From NCBI GenBank assembly GCA_019058295.1, contig JAHPZI010000007.1, forward strand, positions 47,465 through 111,464: 64,000 nucleotides of DNA, written 5' to 3'. This stretch comes from Promethearchaeota archaeon. GTDB taxonomy: Archaea > Asgardarchaeota > Lokiarchaeia > Sigyniarchaeales > SOKP01. The translations under genes were made by a program, and so were the position numbers. Positions 1 to 9,722 of this stretch are shown one piece after another. Numbering within the stretch: the first letter of the stretch is position 1; every line of letters starts with the position of its first letter. The notes under the pieces were generated by a model. The model ran no database searches and was not told the DNA's origin. It saw only the letters and a list, made by a program, of their open reading frames with translations.

Positions 1-1752
1 GATTTAAAAGATGAAAAATTAATCGATAAAGATTTTCGAGCAAATATGGTTGTTTTAGCCTCTCCAGTTGTTCCTGCTAAAGGCACAGAAAAATTAGCAA
101 AATTATTAGGAATAAAATTAGGGAGATATAGTTTTTTTAAATCAAATTCCTATTTTAACACCTCTCAATCTACACGAGAAGGAGTTTATTTATGTGGAGC
201 AAATCATGGACCAATTAATATCTCCCAAAGTGTTTCTGAAGCTAGCGCTGTGGCCTCTCAGGTTGCTATCCTCTTAAATTCAGCTAAATACTCTAAGATT
301 ACTGAAAAAGAAGTCGATATATTACCCGATGAGAGTATTATCAAGATGACGCCTCATGCGTTGATAATTGGTGGTGGGGTCTCTGGTATGACTGCTGCCT
401 TGAATATTAGCGAGCAAGGTTTTGAAACAAGCATTATAGAAAAAGAAGAAAGATTAGGAGGGAATTTAAATGATATAAATATTTTATATCCATCTCATCA
501 AGAAGCCTCAGAATTTTTAAATGAAATAGAAAATAAGGTCAGAAATAATAAAAACATTCAAGTTTTCTTAAATTCTAAAGTAAAAGAGATAAATGGTTCC
601 CTCGGTAATTATAGAGTTTTAATTTTCGATTCTAAAAATAATACTCATGAATTAAAAGTTGGAACCATTATTGTTGCAACTGGAAGTCAAGAATTTAAAC
701 CACATGGATTATTTCAATATGAGAAAAAAAATAAGAACGTTATAATACAAAAAGATTTAGAAAAATTGCTTAAAAGTAAAGATACATCTTGGCTTGATAA
801 AATAAATCATGTAACTACGATTTTATGTGTGAATGCTCGACAAAAAGGTGGGTATTCATATTGCTCAAATATTTGTTGTGGTACTTCAATAAAAAATATC
901 AATATTTTGAATAAAGTAAAACCAAATCTAGATTTTGTTGTACTCTTCCGAGATCTTCATGTCGCGAAAAAAGAATTTGAAGAATTTTTTAGTAAGAGAA
1001 AAGAAATTGCAAATTATTTAAGATATGATCCAGAAAATATCCCTGAAATTACTAAAATTCAGGATAATCCAGAAAGATACGAAATAAAATTATACAACGA
1101 GAGAAACACAAATGAATACATAAAATTCAAAACTGACCTCATTGTGTTATCAACTCCTATGATACCTAATGATGATAATGAAGAATTAGCCCAAATGCTT
1201 AAGATTCCTTTAGATGATAATAGTTTTTTTATCGAAGCGCATGCTAAATTAAGACCCTTGGATTTTTCCGCACATGGAGTTTTCATATGTGGTAGTGCAT
1301 TATGGCCTAAAAATGTACAAGAATCTATAGCAGAAGCAAATGGAGCAGCGGGAAGGGCAAGTAGATTCTTAAGTTTAAAGGAGATTTCAACTACAAAATT
1401 AGAATTACTCTCATTTCTGCTTTCTATCCAATGTTTTTTTAAGGATATGATTGTAAACAATGAAAGATGTAATGGATGCGGAAGATGTGTGGAAGTCTGT
1501 CAATTTAAAGCGATAACATTAACAGATTTAAAACAAGAATTCGAGGATGTAACAGTGCCGGCTAAAAAGGCATATATTAATCCTGCCTTATGTAAAGGGT
1601 GTGGAAGATGTGCTGCCACGTGTAGGATAAAAGCGATTGATCCCCTACATTATGACTTTAATCAAATCAAATCTATAATTGATCCTTACTTCTTAGAAAA
1701 AGTGAAAAGTGAGGAAATGGAAGAAAAAACTGAATTACTGATGATTGATTAA
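1..1752 (+). CDS. hdrA: Heterodisulfide reductase subunit A-like flavoprotein (C-terminal part; 5' truncated by window edge)
   Basis: Frame is open from base 1. GGGVSG FAD motif, CVNAR...YCSNICC cluster motif, EAHAKLRP, two CxxCxxCxxxC ferredoxin motifs; the end of a preceding HdrA module (STREGVYLCG) implies a duplicated HdrA. Confidence 0.9.
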   Translation, partial: DLKDEKLIDKDFRANMVVLASPVVPAKGTEKLAKLLGIKLGRYSFFKSNSYFNTSQSTREGVYLCGANHGPINISQSVSEASAVASQVAILLNSAKYSKITEKEVDILPDESIIKMTPHALIIGGGVSGMTAALNISEQGFETSIIEKEERLGGNLNDINILYPSHQEASEFLNEIENKVRNNKNIQVFLNSKVKEINGSLGNYRVLIFDSKNNTHELKVGTIIVATGSQEFKPHGLFQYEKKNKNVIIQKDLEKLLKSKDTSWLDKINHVTTILCVNARQKGGYSYCSNICCGTSIKNINILNKVKPNLDFVVLFRDLHVAKKEFEEFFSKRKEIANYLRYDPENIPEITKIQDNPERYEIKLYNERNTNEYIKFKTDLIVLSTPMIPNDDNEELAQMLKIPLDDNSFFIEAHAKLRPLDFSAHGVFICGSALWPKNVQESIAEANGAAGRASRFLSLKEISTTKLELLSFLLSIQCFFKDMIVNNERCNGCGRCVEVCQFKAITLTDLKQEFEDVTVPAKKAYINPALCKGCGRCAATCRIKAIDPLHYDFNQIKSIIDPYFLEKVKSEEMEEKTELLMID

Positions 1753-1927
1753 AATTTAATTTATTTTCTTTAAATCAGTTTTTCTTCTGATATTTTTTTT
1801 CTTTGGCTATCTAACAATAAGTTTGAGTAATATTCGATGGTCTTTTAACATCAAAATTTATTATTGTTTTATTATTTAAAACACTAATTCAAATTAATTT
1901 AATAACCTCATAAAAAAATGAAAAAAG

Positions 1928-2764
1928 GTGATTAAAATCTCTGAAGTAAAAAAATTCGAGCATATTAAAATAGATTGGGTTGAAGATGGAAATTACGCTG
2001 TAATAAGTATAAACCGTCCTGATAAATTGAACGCACTTCAAAATATGACGCTCAAGGAAATTGCAGAAGCTTTAGAAACATTAGCAGTGGATCCAAAAGC
2101 TCGGTGTGTAGTTTTACGGGGCACTAAGGATTTTACTAAAAAACCTGCTTTCTCAGCTGGCGCTGATCTCTCTTCTCGTAGCGGCTCTGACTTGGACCAA
2201 CGTAATTTAAGGCATCAAAGTCATGCAATGTATAGGAGACATAAATATTACGATTTAATTGAAGAATTTCCAAAACCTTTAATAGCTGCTGTTGATGGAT
2301 ATGCCTTAGGGGGAGGGTTTGAATTAGTATTAGTATGTGATATCGTTATTGCATCGAAACGATCAACATTCGGATTTCCTGAAATTCAAAGAGGTATTTT
2401 TGCTGCGAATGGAGGCACACAACGATTAATTAGACATATTGGCAAATATAGAACAAAGAAATTGATGTTTTTTGGGGCGCATTTTACTGCAAAAGAAATC
2501 TATGATTGGGGTATTGTCGCTTTTTTAGTAGATGACGATAAATTTGAGGATATTTTACACGAAAAAGCATCTTGGTTAGGAAATGCTGCTACAAATAGTT
2601 TATTTGTAATTAAAAAGTGTGTCGATTATGGAACTCAAGTACCATTAAATGTCGGACTTCAATTCGAACAATTTGGTTATGCTGTAAATTCCCAGTCAAA
2701 GGATGTCATTGAAGGAGTAACTGCCTTTCTCCAAAAGAGGACTCCTAAATTTAAAGGTAAATAA
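1928..2764 (+). CDS. Enoyl-CoA hydratase/isomerase (crotonase family); start may be ATC 1937
   Basis: NRPDKLNAL, FSAGADL, GYALGGGFEL, FPEIQRG (both catalytic Glu present), C-terminal FLQKRTPKFKG. Confidence 0.92.
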   Translation: MIKISEVKKFEHIKIDWVEDGNYAVISINRPDKLNALQNMTLKEIAEALETLAVDPKARCVVLRGTKDFTKKPAFSAGADLSSRSGSDLDQRNLRHQSHAMYRRHKYYDLIEEFPKPLIAAVDGYALGGGFELVLVCDIVIASKRSTFGFPEIQRGIFAANGGTQRLIRHIGKYRTKKLMFFGAHFTAKEIYDWGIVAFLVDDDKFEDILHEKASWLGNAATNSLFVIKKCVDYGTQVPLNVGLQFEQFGYAVNSQSKDVIEGVTAFLQKRTPKFKGK

Positions 2765-2836
2765 GATTAAATACTCAATCTATAATTTACTTTTTTTTTA
2801 TTATTATTTTCTAATGAAATCTTTTTAGTATGTATA

Positions 2837-3934
2837 TTAAGTCAATAAAGTCCATGCAATTTTATTTTCTTCAAACATTTGTTTGTTAATTTCAACACCT
2901 AATCCAGGTTTTTCTAAGGCTGAAACGAATCCCTTTTCAACCTTTATAGGTTCTTCGAGAAATTGAAATTGTTCTGGGTAATATGGGAATTCGCATATTT
3001 CGCATCTTGAAGCCATAATGAAATGTAAATTTGCAGCTATAGTATGGCCATAACCAAAAATATGAGGTATGCATCGAACGCCTTTCACTTCTGACATAGC
3101 ATCAATTTTTTTGAGTTCGATAAAGCCTCCGCTACGTGTTACATCTGGTTGAATAATATCATAGCACCCTCTCGTTAATATATCTTCGAATCGGAAAATT
3201 CCCATGTCATTTTCTCCACCTGCAATTTCAATTGGAGATTTCTCTCTTAATCGAGCAAGACCATTTAGATTATCACTAGGTAAAGGTTCTTCCAGCCAAG
3301 TAAGGTCGTATTTATCGCAAATTCTTGCTACTTTTAGTGCATCGCTTACTGAAGTATATCCCGAATTAACATCAACCATTATTTCTATGTCTGGAAATGT
3401 ATCTCTTACGGCTTTTATAAGCATTTCATCCTTTTTGATTCCTTGTCCTATTCTTAACTTAACAGCAGTAAATCCTCCTGTTTGAACTGCACTTTGTACA
3501 GCTCCAACTGCAGCCTTAGGTTTATAAACTTTAAATAACGAAGCGTAAGCGCGAACTTTTTGTTTTCGAGCCCCTAATAGTTTATATATTGGTTGTTTTG
3601 TAATCTTGCCTATAATATCCCATAATGCAACTTGCACAGCACTAGTTGATTGCGGTATTCCAAACATAATTCTATTTGACATATGATATATATCATTATA
3701 GATATCGTCTGTCAAAAAAGGATCTCTATTTATTAAAAATTTCTTCAATGCTTCATCTATAAATTGCTTTTGAGCCATATTTGATAAATTCCAATGAGAT
3801 AGAGCCCAACCATCAATACCCTCGTCTGTTATGATTTGAATATATAAGCCAGATGCTTTGAAACGTGGCATTGATCCAATTTTTATCTTAAAGTCAGGTT
3901 GAATCACATGTGTTTTAACATCTGTAATTATCAT
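2837..3934 (-). CDS. Mandelate racemase/muconate lactonizing enzyme family (enolase superfamily)
   Basis: ALWDIIGK...PIYKLLG, KLR, MVDVN, WLEEP, GGEN, IIQPDVTRSGG, PGLG. Confidence 0.9.
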   Translation of the reverse strand: MIITDVKTHVIQPDFKIKIGSMPRFKASGLYIQIITDEGIDGWALSHWNLSNMAQKQFIDEALKKFLINRDPFLTDDIYNDIYHMSNRIMFGIPQSTSAVQVALWDIIGKITKQPIYKLLGARKQKVRAYASLFKVYKPKAAVGAVQSAVQTGGFTAVKLRIGQGIKKDEMLIKAVRDTFPDIEIMVDVNSGYTSVSDALKVARICDKYDLTWLEEPLPSDNLNGLARLREKSPIEIAGGENDMGIFRFEDILTRGCYDIIQPDVTRSGGFIELKKIDAMSEVKGVRCIPHIFGYGHTIAANLHFIMASRCEICEFPYYPEQFQFLEEPIKVEKGFVSALEKPGLGVEINKQMFEENKIAWTLLT

Positions 3935-4014
3935 AATTTATATCCTCTATCATTTTTTATTAATTTAATTCTTTTAATTATAAAATCTTATAATTGTACG
4001 ATATCTTAATTTTA

Positions 4015-4122
4015 TTAAAACTTGGATCCGGCAGAATTACTACCTTCTAAAGAGTTTATAGCACCAACTTCGAATTTAAAATCAAGCTTTCATTTGTATT
4101 TTTTGAATTCTATAATTTTCAT
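4015..4122 (-). pseudogene. Possible decayed N-terminal fragment of an SMC/Rad50/ABC-type ATPase
   Basis: Manual translation MKIIEFKKYK*KLDFKFEVGAINSLEGSNSAGSKF* loosely resembles the strand-strand-GxNGxGKS start of these ATPases. Confidence 0.25.
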
Positions 4123-4226
4123 AAAAATCAAATTAGAAGTGTTTAAATTAATCATCTTTATTATTAGTATAGCTGTTTAGAAAAAAAATATTTCAATCTC
4201 TTTTTAAAATCACTGTATATAAGCGT

Positions 4227-5177
4227 ATGAGATTAGTAGGACCATCAGAGAAAAAACCATTCGAAGATCTATTCGAGGTATATTTATTATTCCTTGATGA
4301 GACTCGAGGAAACATGCCCTTCTTAATTCATCCTGATGAATCCATTAAAAACAATAAAGAAAAGATGCGTCCAATAAAGATTCATAGTGTTTGGTGGACA
4401 GATATGGAGGATCAAGCTGTAATGGATCACATTGATCTAGAATATAGTAATAGAACGTATTTAGCAAGGAAGTTCTTAACATTATCAAAAAGGAGTCAAC
4501 ATCGGATTGGAACAACCTTTGATAATATTGAAACTATTACAATTATATTTGTTTTGCCTTCTAATCTATATATTTTTGGTGTAGATCTTCTAAATAAACT
4601 GACAACAAATATTATAACAAATTTCGAGGGACAATTATATAAAGTGATTGAATCAGAAATTGCAAAAGAAGAGATAATTAAATCTGATAAAATTATAGAG
4701 ACTATTAAAATAGGAGAAAAGGTTAAACAAAAATTAAAAAATCTTATTGTAAATACTTGTAAAGATTTTTTTTCTTCAGTTATTAAAGAAGATAATAAGA
4801 ATTCAATTGAACTGCAGAAAGCAATTTCTTATTTTTCTCTTAAAGGGATAGATTCTAGTGATGAAAGGAATTCCTTTTCAAAAATTAAAGTTTTTGAACC
4901 AAAAATAGGGGACAACAACAATGAATTTGAAATTATTGTTCAAAACAATTCTCAAAAGGAATATAATAATCTTTCTATAAAAATAACCTATTTAAAGGAA
5001 TTTCTCGAAACAGAAATAATGAATTATCCTATAGATAATTGGTTCCCAGAAGAGGAATTATTGTTTATTTCTCCAATTATTCCTAATGTTAACGAGTATC
5101 ATTTATTTATTGAACACAATAAGAATCAATGTTTTTCAAAAAAAATAGATTTAAATGCATTCATTAAATATAATTAG
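4227..5177 (+). CDS. uDENN/longin-like N-terminal domain plus C-terminal Ig-like beta domain, paralog 1
   Basis: YLLFLDETRGNMPFLIHP resembles the uDENN/longin beta1-beta2 motif; shares DHIDLE, KEEIIK, QKAxSY and WFPEEELLFISPIIPN with the next ORF. Confidence 0.6.
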   Translation: MRLVGPSEKKPFEDLFEVYLLFLDETRGNMPFLIHPDESIKNNKEKMRPIKIHSVWWTDMEDQAVMDHIDLEYSNRTYLARKFLTLSKRSQHRIGTTFDNIETITIIFVLPSNLYIFGVDLLNKLTTNIITNFEGQLYKVIESEIAKEEIIKSDKIIETIKIGEKVKQKLKNLIVNTCKDFFSSVIKEDNKNSIELQKAISYFSLKGIDSSDERNSFSKIKVFEPKIGDNNNEFEIIVQNNSQKEYNNLSIKITYLKEFLETEIMNYPIDNWFPEEELLFISPIIPNVNEYHLFIEHNKNQCFSKKIDLNAFIKYN

Positions 5178-5196
5178 AAATTAATATTTATTTCTC

Positions 5197-6240
5197 TTGA
5201 TGGCTGACTTATTTAATTCTAAATCACCAGAAAAAGCATTAAAAGAAGAAATCTGTGTGGTTTATATTCTTTATTTTGACGAAGCTAAAGGTCATGTTCC
5301 ACTCCTAATTTTTCCATTTGAAGAAGGATATAAACTTAAAGATGATAAGCGATTTATGCGACCTATCAAATATCATCCTGTATGGTTTTTATCTATTGAA
5401 GAACAAGAACCATTGGATCATATCGACCTCGAATTTAAAGGTTATACTTTTTTCGGTAAAAAATTTCTAACTAAATCTAAGAGAAAAAAAAGACGAGCTG
5501 GTCTTAAGGAGGAATCTCCTGAGATAATTGTTGTAATTGCATCGGTGTCAAATGATATAGCAATCTTCGGGGATGAACTTATTCATTTAATAACAGACGA
5601 AATCAAAGAGAAATTTGATGACAAATTGTTTAAAATTATTGAATGTGAGATTGCTAAAAATGAAATTATTAAAACTCCAGAGATCAAGAAAATCATTGAA
5701 GAAGGCATGAAAATAAAGGAAGATCTTAATAAGTTGATTCGTAAAATTACTGACAACTATTTTCTCAATGCAATAAAGCAAAAAGATTTACATTCAATGA
5801 ACCAACAAAAAGCACTTTCATATTTAGCTTTAAAAGGAATTGATGTATCATCCATAAGTGATAAAAAAAAACCTGATTATTTTTTAAATATTAAATTATT
5901 TGATCCCTCTATAAAATCCGCAAATGAATTAGCGCTAAAAGCACCATTTATTATAACTAGTGTAACTTTAATCGAAGATAGTCAAGAATTAGAAATTACG
6001 GTTCAAAATAATACGGGAAAAGAAATTAAGGATGTGATCATAAATATTACCCATTTAAAAGAATTTTTTGAAAAAGAAATTATGGAACAAGATATTGATC
6101 TATGGTTTCCTGAAGAAGAATTGTTATTTATCTCACCTATTATTCCTAATATTAACGAATATCTCTTTTTCATCACCAAGAAAGAAAATAAAGAAAAAAT
6201 CCTCTCAAAAAAAATTGATTTAAAATCTTTAAAAAATTAA
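5197..6240 (+). CDS. uDENN/longin-like N-terminal domain plus C-terminal Ig-like beta domain, paralog 2
   Basis: YILYFDEAKGHVPLLIFP; C-terminal ELEITVQNNTGKEIKDVIINIT; tandem paralog of 4227..5177. Confidence 0.6.
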   Translation: MMADLFNSKSPEKALKEEICVVYILYFDEAKGHVPLLIFPFEEGYKLKDDKRFMRPIKYHPVWFLSIEEQEPLDHIDLEFKGYTFFGKKFLTKSKRKKRRAGLKEESPEIIVVIASVSNDIAIFGDELIHLITDEIKEKFDDKLFKIIECEIAKNEIIKTPEIKKIIEEGMKIKEDLNKLIRKITDNYFLNAIKQKDLHSMNQQKALSYLALKGIDVSSISDKKKPDYFLNIKLFDPSIKSANELALKAPFIITSVTLIEDSQELEITVQNNTGKEIKDVIINITHLKEFFEKEIMEQDIDLWFPEEELLFISPIIPNINEYLFFITKKENKEKILSKKIDLKSLKN

Positions 6241-6257
6241 TTAATTTGATTAGAAAA

Positions 6258-6746
6258 ATGTCAAATAATATTCTTAAAGAAGATGAAATCATAATAAGAA
6301 ACTATCGGACCTCTGATTATGAAGCAACACTTGAAATATTAAAGCAACTTGATAAAGAATTAGATATTGGATTTAAAGAGGAACAGTGGAAACAATCCTC
6401 TGGTCTACGACAATTTAAACCTAATTTAAAACGTATAACTCTTATAGCTGAATTAAAATCGACTGGTGAAGTTGTAAGTATGGGGATGCTTGAAGCAGTA
6501 AAAAATAGTTTAGGCCAATATGTTGGTTATCTGGATAACTGGTCTACAAAAAAAGAATTTATTGGTAAAGGCGTTGGAAAAATACTGGCGGACAGAGCCA
6601 TTCAAATACTTAAATCATGGGGTTGTACTTCAGTAAGAATTAATATGGGTTATAATGTAAGTAAAAAAATAATCGATGTTATTTGTAAAGGACAAGGATT
6701 TTCTCCCGTTTTTATAGTTTTAGAAAAGAAATTTGATGAAACATAA
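6258..6746 (+). CDS. GNAT family N-acetyltransferase
   Basis: IIIRNYRTSD start; motif A-like KEFIGKGVGKIL; G-C-x-x-V-R-I. Confidence 0.8.
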   Translation: MSNNILKEDEIIIRNYRTSDYEATLEILKQLDKELDIGFKEEQWKQSSGLRQFKPNLKRITLIAELKSTGEVVSMGMLEAVKNSLGQYVGYLDNWSTKKEFIGKGVGKILADRAIQILKSWGCTSVRINMGYNVSKKIIDVICKGQGFSPVFIVLEKKFDET

Positions 6747-6916
6747 ATTTAACTTCTTTTCTTTATTAGCATTAGCATTTATGTTATTCCCTTTTAAACA
6801 TTTTATACTTGTTTTTCACCTAAAAATCAAAATAAATATTTTTAATCTTTACTTCTTTAAAATTATAAATTAAAATTAAAAAAAAAATAAAACAAATAAA
6901 AGGGTTGATTTTAAAC

Positions 6917-8383
6917 GTGATTGGAATAAAAACGTTTGGTGCATATTTGCCAAAGTATTTAATGCCCCGGGAGTTAGTTGCTAAAGCTTAGTTTAGTTCA
7001 AATTAAGCGGAAAAAGCATGGGATTTTCCATCTATGCCAGGGACTAAAGCTTTGGCTAATTCTGACGAAGATAGTATTACAATGGGAGTAGAAGCTGGTC
7101 TTGACTGTATAACTGGAATAGATCCTAAAACAATTGATGGACTTTTTTTTGCAACAACCACTCAAGTTTATACAGAAAAAAATTCAGCAGCATTTATAGC
7201 AAATATATTAGATTTAAGGGATGAGATTATTACTGCAGACTTCACAGATTCCTTAAGGGCAGGAACCACTGCTGTATGTAGGGCAGTCGAAGCTATAAAA
7301 GCAAATAAGGATATTAAAAGTATCCTTGTTATCGCTGCTGATACTAGAGAACCTGAACCAGGTACATTTTGGGAATATGGTTTGTCTGATGGGGCTGCTG
7401 CCTTACTTATTGCGGAAGAAGATTTATTACCACTTTCAATTGAAGATTATTATTCAGTTTCGGCAAATGTTACTGGTCCTTGGAAAAAACCTACAGATAA
7501 ATTCATTAAAACATTTCAAGATAAAATGGATAATAAATTCTATTTTGAAAGCTTAACAAAAGCTATGAGTGGACTTTTAGAGAAAAATAATTTAAAACCT
7601 GAAGAAATTGCTAGTGCTGCGTACCATTATCATGATCCTAGGGTACTTGGGATAGTTTCTAAAATGATGAAATTTCCTCAAGGTGTTGCTCAAAATGGAT
7701 TATTTCTTCAAATAGGGTGTGTTGGAACTCCAATGGCATTCTTGTTATTGATGTCTGCTTTAAGAAGACCCAAACCTGATACTAAAATAATTTTTGCGGG
7801 ATATGGAGATGGTGCTGATGCAATTTTATTACAAGTAAAAGATAAAGATCTTTTAAAAGCTTCAAATAAGGGAAGAATGGGCTTGTTAAAACACCAAAAA
7901 TCTATGGCACAATTAAAAAATTATAATACGTTAATCGAAAATAAGAAACTTATCGATAGACATAGATATTCAAGAAGGAGTTCAGCTGTTACACTCTGGC
8001 GGGATACTAAATCTTTATATCAGATGTATGGGATTAAATGTAAAAACTGCGGAACTATTCAATATCCAGCGATGTTTAAAGGTTGCTATAACTGCAGAAC
8101 AGATGATCAATTTGAATTTGTAAAACTCTCTTTAAAAGGGACTGTTTTTACTTATACTTTGGATCATTTGTATGGAGGGAGTTATTTAAATACTCCTGTA
8201 CCGAGATGTATAATTGACTTAGAAGGCGGTGGGCGTATAATGCTTGATATGACTGAAATTGAAAATCCAACTGAAAATGTCAAAATTGATATGCCGGTTG
8301 AATTAACTTTCCGATTAATGCATGAAGGCGGAGAATTCCGCAATTATTATTGGAAATGTCGCCCTGTAAGGGGGAGACCATAA
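6917..8383 (+). CDS. HMG-CoA synthase-like domain fused to DUF35 (Zn-ribbon + OB fold); interrupted by a 30-nt in-frame insert; 478 aa if the insert is removed
   Basis: GTG 6917 opens MIGIKTFGAYLPKYLMPRELVAKA (typical family N-terminus), in frame with ATG 7034. DEDSITMGVEA, SDGAAA, GYGDGADA; CKNC/CYNC; C-terminal YYWKCRP. Confidence 0.85.
6985..7014 (+). other. 30-nt stop-containing insertion: candidate BHB-type mRNA intron
   Basis: In-frame TAG (6989) and TAA (7004). 9-bp hairpin 6986-6994/7000-7008. AAA bulges at 6983-85 and 7013-15. Flanked by direct repeat AAAGC. Removal gives ...VAKAWDFPSMPG. Confidence 0.6.
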
Positions 8384-8397
8384 GAGAGGTGAAAAGA

Positions 8398-9576
8398 ATG
8401 GTTAGAAAAGGAATTGCAGATAAAATTGCGATAATAGGATGTGACGCCACAAAATTTGGTGAAAGATGGGATAAAAATCAATATGATTTATTATACGATG
8501 CAGTTAAAGGTGCCAGAGATGATGCTGGAATAACTAAGGATGAGATTGATGCGGTTTGGGTTGGGATATTTTATTTCTTTACAGGGCTTTCAGGGGCAGT
8601 AGTAGAAGATATTTTAAGATTGGATGGGAAACCAGTTACTAGAACGGAGAATTACTGTGCATCGGGAATGGATGCTTTCAGAAATGCTTGTTTTGCTCTT
8701 GCTGGTAATGCATATGATGTTGTTCTAGCATGTGGTGTAGAAAAATTAATGGATGAGGCCTCTAGTGGATTACCTGGCTTTGAATTGTTTGGTCATCCCA
8801 CATTACCTATACCTTCTGCTCCAGCAATGTTTAGCTTGGCAGCAACAAGATCATTTCACACATGGGGGTGGACTAAGGAGGATTTAGCTCGGGTTGCTGT
8901 TAAAAACCATGAAAATGGCTCTCATCATCCAAAAGCACATTTTCGGAGACCAACTACAATTGAAAAAGTAATGAGAGATGTTATGATTGCAGACCCCTTA
9001 GGGAGATCTGATTGTTGTGCAATGAGTGATGGAGCAGCAGCTTTAATCTTAACAAGAATAGAAGATGCTCCAAGTTATTCTTCGCACAAGGATGATTATA
9101 TAGTTGTAAAAGCGAATGCGATATCTTGTCAAACAAATACTCCTTGGTATAATCCAAATCACACCTTCACAAGTTTTCCAGCAACAGTAAAAGCTGCGAA
9201 AATGGCTTACAAAGAGGCAGGTATTACAGATCCTAGAAAACAAATCGATTGTGCTGAAGTTCACGATTGTTTCACGATTACTGAACTTTTAAATTGCCAA
9301 GATTTACAATTCTGTGAGATGGGAAAAGCAGCTGAAGAATTAAAAAACGGAACTTTTAATTGGGATGGTGAAACTGCAGTTAATCCATCCGGTGGTTTAA
9401 AATCCTTCGGTCATCCAATAGGTGCTACAGGATGTAGAATGCTACAAGAAATAACCAAACAACTTCAAGGAAGAGCCGAAGGCAGACAAGTTCCTGACGC
9501 AAAAATTGGTTTGGCTCATAATCTTGGCGGAGCATTTTGTGTCTGTAGTACTAGTATTTTAGGACAAGCAGATTGA
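8398..9576 (+). CDS. Thiolase family protein (archaeal/SCP2-type acetyl-CoA acetyltransferase)
   Basis: ENYCASG, SDGAAA, AEVHDCF, NPSGG, GHPIGATG, HNLGG; SD GAGGTGA before ATG 8398. Confidence 0.92.
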   Translation: MVRKGIADKIAIIGCDATKFGERWDKNQYDLLYDAVKGARDDAGITKDEIDAVWVGIFYFFTGLSGAVVEDILRLDGKPVTRTENYCASGMDAFRNACFALAGNAYDVVLACGVEKLMDEASSGLPGFELFGHPTLPIPSAPAMFSLAATRSFHTWGWTKEDLARVAVKNHENGSHHPKAHFRRPTTIEKVMRDVMIADPLGRSDCCAMSDGAAALILTRIEDAPSYSSHKDDYIVVKANAISCQTNTPWYNPNHTFTSFPATVKAAKMAYKEAGITDPRKQIDCAEVHDCFTITELLNCQDLQFCEMGKAAEELKNGTFNWDGETAVNPSGGLKSFGHPIGATGCRMLQEITKQLQGRAEGRQVPDAKIGLAHNLGGAFCVCSTSILGQAD

Positions 9577-9722
9577 AAATTATAAATCCTAATAATTTTT
9601 TTTCTTTTTTTTATTTGTGAATGATAATCTTCAAAAATAAGGAATTTTATCGTAATTTATCATATAAAAAAATATAAAATTATACAATTATTTAAAATTA
9701 ATTTCTTAGGAGGTAGAAAATT

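Noticed and set aside
1752-1927. SECIS element or selenocysteine in hdrA
   Set aside because: No in-frame TGA in the visible part and no convincing SECIS-like hairpin downstream; the 5' part of the gene is outside the window.
6989-7006. Pyrrolysine or stop-codon readthrough as the explanation for the interrupted gene
   Set aside because: A TAA follows the TAG in frame, and the 10 codons look surplus to the family pattern (AKAW), so readthrough does not explain it.
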